From positions 9,998 through 73,997 of the IMG/VR virus record IMGVR_UViG_3300014167_000003: DNA of 64,000 bases. One strand, 5' to 3'. Below the pieces are notes generated by a model, which saw only the letters and a program-made list of their open reading frames with translations, made no database searches and had not been told where the DNA came from. The stretch comes from a virus. Lineage: Duplodnaviria; Caudoviricetes. The position numbers were made by a program, and so were the translations under genes. Every line of letters begins with the position of its first letter. Positions within the stretch are counted from its first letter, which is position 1. Below, in pieces: positions 60,568 to 64,000 of this stretch.

Positions 60568-62244
60568 TCAGGTTGGATACAATGCGCCGGCCCTTGGGCG
60601 GTACTTGGTCTCGTCCTCGACCTCGAACGCGCGCTCTTCCTTCTTCACCGCCCAGCCGGCGCGACGCAGGTAGATGAGCGCCATGCTGCACGTATCGGCG
60701 AGGTCGTCGTGCAGCGCGCGCGGGACGAGCGCGCACTGCTTGATCATCTCGTCGGCCCAGGTCTTGTCCGGCGCGAACACCATGCCCTCGGCGAACAGGT
60801 GCACCACGGTCTGCAGCCGCGCGACCTTGTCGGGCGACTTAATAAAACCGGTGCTCGGGTTAACAAGCTCGATGCCGAAGTCGAACAGGCCGAACAGCCG
60901 CGCCAGCTCCTGGCTCACGCTGTGCCCGGCCGCCTTGTCCTCGACCAGGAGCCGGTCGACCTTGATCTTGCCGCCGCACCAGGAGCCCTTGCAGTCGGCG
61001 CCGACGCGCGAGACGAGGTCGTGCACCAACATTCGCTCGGCCCAGCAATAGGCGAGGAAGATCTTCGGGTTACCCGCCGGATCGCGGAAGATGCCCCAGA
61101 TCGAAAGTGCGCTCGGGTCGTTCTCTTCCTTCTCGGTGTACGCGGTGTCGAGCGCGGCGATCACGTACTCAAACCCCGGGTATTCATCCGGCTCGGCGCC
61201 GTACTTCTTCGCCGTCTCCTCGTCCCAGTCCTGCCACCAGGCCTCGCGGATGATGCCGCCGCCGCGCGGTGCCGGCGTCTGCTGGTACTGGCCGGCGTAG
61301 GCGTAGGGACCGAGTTCGGTTTCGAGCTTCGCACACTCCTCGGCCGGGAAGCGGTCGGGCCACAGCAGCTCGCCGTCCTCGGTGCGCCGGTCGAACCAGA
61401 AGATGTCGTCGGGATCGATCTCCTCGATGTCGTCGCCGATGAAGGTCTTGATCTTGTCGCCCACCCAGGCGTTAACATGCTGGCACGGCACGTAGGACAT
61501 CGGCACACAGAAGTGCACGTAGTTCATCTTGCTGGCGAGGATGTGGCCCGAGAGATCGCCCTCGTGCACCCGCTGCATGACGACGATCATGGCGCCGGTC
61601 TTGCGGTTGTTCAGGCGGCTCGGCATCGTCTCCGACCACCACTTCACGGTGTCCTCGCGGACCTTGTCGGACTCGGCCTCCTTCACCAGATGAGGGTCGT
61701 CGGCGACCAGGACGTCGGCGCCGAAGCCGGCGGCCTTGGCGTCGACCGACGAGGCCATGCGGTAGCCGCCCTTGTCGTTCTCGAACATGCCGGCGCGCTG
61801 GCGCACCATCTTGAAGCGCCCGCCCCACATACTCTTGTACCAGGCGGACTCGATCAGACGGGCGCACTTGATCGAATGTTCGAGCGACAGCTCCTCCGCG
61901 TACGACGCGTAGAAGAACGACACCTGAGGCCCCATGAGTGGCCCTCGGTTACGCTGCGCCCACACCCACGCGCAGAAACAGATCGAGATGATCGCGGTCT
62001 TTCCGGTACGAGGCGGCTCGTTGATGAGCAGGCGCGAGATGTAGCCGCGCGCGACCGCCTCCATGTGATCGCAGATGTCCTTGAGGTGCCAGTTGTCGAC
62101 GAAGTCGGCCGGGTCGAACTGCGGCCACGCGGCCTTGAGGAACTCATAGAAACTGTCCTCAAGCCGTTCGGCCTCCTGCAATTTCTTCATCGCGCGACCG
62201 GCCTCCAGGATCTTGGTCGCGTATTCGAGCTGGCTCATCTGCAT
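60568..62244 (-). CDS. terL: Terminase large subunit
   Basis: Walker A NEPPRTGKT, Walker B LVADDPH, YQQ.P, nuclease ALDTA, VEDKAAG, HDDLAD. Confidence 0.95.
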   Translation of the reverse strand: MQMSQLEYATKILEAGRAMKKLQEAERLEDSFYEFLKAAWPQFDPADFVDNWHLKDICDHMEAVARGYISRLLINEPPRTGKTAIISICFCAWVWAQRNRGPLMGPQVSFFYASYAEELSLEHSIKCARLIESAWYKSMWGGRFKMVRQRAGMFENDKGGYRMASSVDAKAAGFGADVLVADDPHLVKEAESDKVREDTVKWWSETMPSRLNNRKTGAMIVVMQRVHEGDLSGHILASKMNYVHFCVPMSYVPCQHVNAWVGDKIKTFIGDDIEEIDPDDIFWFDRRTEDGELLWPDRFPAEECAKLETELGPYAYAGQYQQTPAPRGGGIIREAWWQDWDEETAKKYGAEPDEYPGFEYVIAALDTAYTEKEENDPSALSIWGIFRDPAGNPKIFLAYCWAERMLVHDLVSRVGADCKGSWCGGKIKVDRLLVEDKAAGHSVSQELARLFGLFDFGIELVNPSTGFIKSPDKVARLQTVVHLFAEGMVFAPDKTWADEMIKQCALVPRALHDDLADTCSMALIYLRRAGWAVKKEERAFEVEDETKYRPRAGALYPT

Positions 62245-62275
62245 GCGCGAGATATAGCGCTCGAAAATAAAGATG

Positions 62276-62289
62276 TGAAGAACTCCTCA
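62276..62289. promoter_or_regulatory. Late-gene dyad upstream of terL
   Basis: TGAAG-AACT-CCTCA. Confidence 0.65.
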
Positions 62290-62322
62290 GTTTGTTAACG
62301 CGCCGTGCTAACACGCGCGGCC

Positions 62323-62481
62323 ATGAGTGAACAGAAACGCATCTCCTGGCTGACGCGCATCAGCATTAGCCCCGTCACGCAGGCCGCCTTCAGGGCGATC
62401 ACCGACGACATCAAGCAACCCATGTCGACCGTGATCGGCCGGCTGATCGAAGACTTCGTCACCGCCAAGAGCACGTCATGA
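62323..62481 (+). CDS. Ribbon-helix-helix protein (not in ORF track)
   Basis: 52 aa: RISISPVTQAAFRAITDDIKQPMSTVIGRLIEDFV. Confidence 0.6.
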   Translation: MSEQKRISWLTRISISPVTQAAFRAITDDIKQPMSTVIGRLIEDFVTAKSTS

Positions 62482-62636
62482 CCAAACAGGAAATGATCGA
62501 CCTGCGGCGAACGGTGTTCGCCCGCGTCGAACGCTTGCGCAAGATCGGTGACTACGGTGCCGGCGCCGCCGACATCCGCGAGACCGTCGAGGCGCAGCTC
62601 AAACTGATCGACCACCTGCTGGAGCGGATGCGATGA
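62478..62636 (+). CDS. Small helical protein (not in ORF track)
   Basis: ATGA coupling at both ends; MTKQEMIDLRRTVF... Confidence 0.6.
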   Translation: MTKQEMIDLRRTVFARVERLRKIGDYGAGAADIRETVEAQLKLIDHLLERMR

Positions 62637-63181
62637 CCCTTGGCGACCTTCCAACCATCCACGACGCCGGCCACGCGCACACCACGTACAGCCTGGCCAA
62701 CATGTCCTCGCCGATCAGCAGCACGGCAGCGACCACGAACACCCAGAACTTCATGGCCCAGCACGAGGCCGTTGGCCTCGGCGTCGGCAACATCGTGTTC
62801 GGCCAGCCGATCCGGTTCGATGTGTTCGAGGATCAAGAAGCGCGCGTCCTTGCTGCCGCCATGGCAAACAAGCCGCCGAAACCCAAACCCCAGAAGAAAG
62901 AGGAGCCGTTCATGGGTCGCCGTCTCGTACAGGTCTATATCGCCGACACCGACGAAAACGTGCCGCTGGAGCACTCGCTGCTCTATTCCGGCGAGCAGAA
63001 GCTGACCGACGCCACGGATCAGGAACTCTTTTTCGAGATCGACATCAAGGCGATCCTCGAAGGCCACAACGCCAAGCGGGTTAACTTCGTCAACAAGAAG
63101 GTCAAGGAGCGCACCGAGAACCTGGAGCCGGTCAAGATCCGCGATCTCAAGATGATCGTGGTCAACGTCGCCACCTTCTGA
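62633..63181 (+). CDS. Hypothetical phage protein
   Basis: RLVQVYIAD.D..VP...LLY.G...TD.TDQELFFE...HN.KR. Confidence 0.7.
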   Translation: MTLGDLPTIHDAGHAHTTYSLANMSSPISSTAATTNTQNFMAQHEAVGLGVGNIVFGQPIRFDVFEDQEARVLAAAMANKPPKPKPQKKEEPFMGRRLVQVYIADTDENVPLEHSLLYSGEQKLTDATDQELFFEIDIKAILEGHNAKRVNFVNKKVKERTENLEPVKIRDLKMIVVNVATF

Positions 63182-63696
63182 TGACGCCGACGATCTCCAC
63201 CGAGCGGCTCATGCTTCGGCCGCTGACCAAGCCGACGTCGCGGCAGCTCGCCTGGCTGCGCGACCCGGCGGTGGTGCAGTACTCGCAGCAGCGGCACAGG
63301 ACGCACACCCTGTCGACGCAGCTCCACTACGTGAACTCGTTCGTCGGCCGGTCGCACCTGTGGGCGATCCACCACGTCGGCTCCGGCGAGCACATCGGGA
63401 ACCTGAGCGCCATGAACGATGAGCCGAACAACGTCTCCGACGTTGGCATCATGATCGGCGAGAGCAAGTACTGGAACCACGGCTATGGCCGCGAAGCTTG
63501 GCGCCGCGCCTGCGAGTGGCTGCTCGACCCGCAGTGCGGCGGCGTGCGCAAGCTGCAGGCCGGCTGCGCCAGGACGAACACCGCCATGCTGAAGATCATT
63601 CGGGACAGCGGCTTCAAGCAGGAAGGCGAGCTGCTCAACCAGTTCATGTTGGACGGCGGCGTCGTCTCGGCGCTGCTGTTCGGGAGGATGAAATGA
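63181..63696 (+). CDS. RimJ/RimL-type GNAT acetyltransferase
   Basis: TERL.LRP, HIGN, GIMIG..YW..GYG.EA, N.AM....GF..EG. Confidence 0.88.
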   Translation: MTPTISTERLMLRPLTKPTSRQLAWLRDPAVVQYSQQRHRTHTLSTQLHYVNSFVGRSHLWAIHHVGSGEHIGNLSAMNDEPNNVSDVGIMIGESKYWNHGYGREAWRRACEWLLDPQCGGVRKLQAGCARTNTAMLKIIRDSGFKQEGELLNQFMLDGGVVSALLFGRMK

Positions 63697-63878
63697 CCGA
63701 GTTCGAACAGGAGATCATCGACAAGATCTTCGCCATCCGGGTCCGCAACAACGTGCCCTGGAAGCGCCTCATGGAGATCGCCATGAAGCACGCGCCCGAG
63801 GAGACCAAGGCCGCGCTGAACGAGATCAACCAGCACGACCACGACATCTCGCTCCTGATGGGAGTTCTTTCCAAATGA
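63693..63878 (+). CDS. Small helical protein
   Basis: GGAGG RBS; I..IR..NN..W..L. Confidence 0.65.
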   Translation: MTEFEQEIIDKIFAIRVRNNVPWKRLMEIAMKHAPEETKAALNEINQHDHDISLLMGVLSK

Positions 63879-64000
63879 AGCAGTCCGAGATCATGCTGGC
63901 CGGTGAAGGCGACGAATGGTTCAAGCGGAATGAGGCGAACCTCGGGAAGTTTGACCCGGTGTCCGCCGTCATCGAGGGCCACAAGATCGAGCCGAAGAGC
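63875..64000 (+). CDS. Partial probable class I methyltransferase (truncated by window end)
   Basis: ATGA coupling; GEGD.WF.RN...P.S resembles N-terminus of sugar-cluster methylases; motif I would lie beyond 64000. Confidence 0.45.
   Translation, partial: MKQSEIMLAGEGDEWFKRNEANLGKFDPVSAVIEGHKIEPKS

Noticed and set aside
41923-62298. Other long + strand ORFs opposite tail, capsid, portal and terL
   Set aside because: Antisense shadows; the - strand frames carry the recognisable motifs.

Overview
GC-rich, near-complete genome of a temperate podovirus-type dsDNA phage, probably of an alphaproteobacterial (Hyphomicrobiales-like) host (inferred from PraR-, GapR- and AlpA-like genes and the tRNA-Pro core). 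It appears to be the non-integrated form: a tRNA-Pro(GGG) 3' half flanked by arm-type repeats (attP, ~15.0-15.3 kb) has phage genes on both sides. Layout: 0.2-3.9 kb small accessory ORFs (-); candidate packaging-site repeats and TerS (4.0-4.9 kb); a + strand cluster with serine recombinase and TetR (5.3-8.4 kb); an accessory - strand cluster with a ubiquitin-like Gly-Gly protein and a Cys-containing partner (8.4-13.7 kb); Crp/Fnr, PraR-like XRE, attP and tyrosine integrase (13.9-16.9 kb); RecE/RecT recombination operon (16.9-24.0 kb); replication genes (24.4-28.9 kb); lysis, ejection, tail, capsid, portal and TerL (28.9-62.2 kb, -); start of a + strand acetyl/methyltransferase cluster (62.3-64 kb). 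Top signal: a stand-alone Cas7/RAMP-like gene flanked by five units of a 5-nt periodic CGC-NN repeat, a candidate RNA-guided system resembling VIPR as I recall it (unverified) but with a different constant triplet. Also notable: the Ubl/partner pair, nine TGAGG-N4-CCTCA-type dyads in front of late genes, covarying hairpins with identical loops, and a multi-enzyme ejection protein punctuated by GG motifs. All assignments are by eye; no searches were run.
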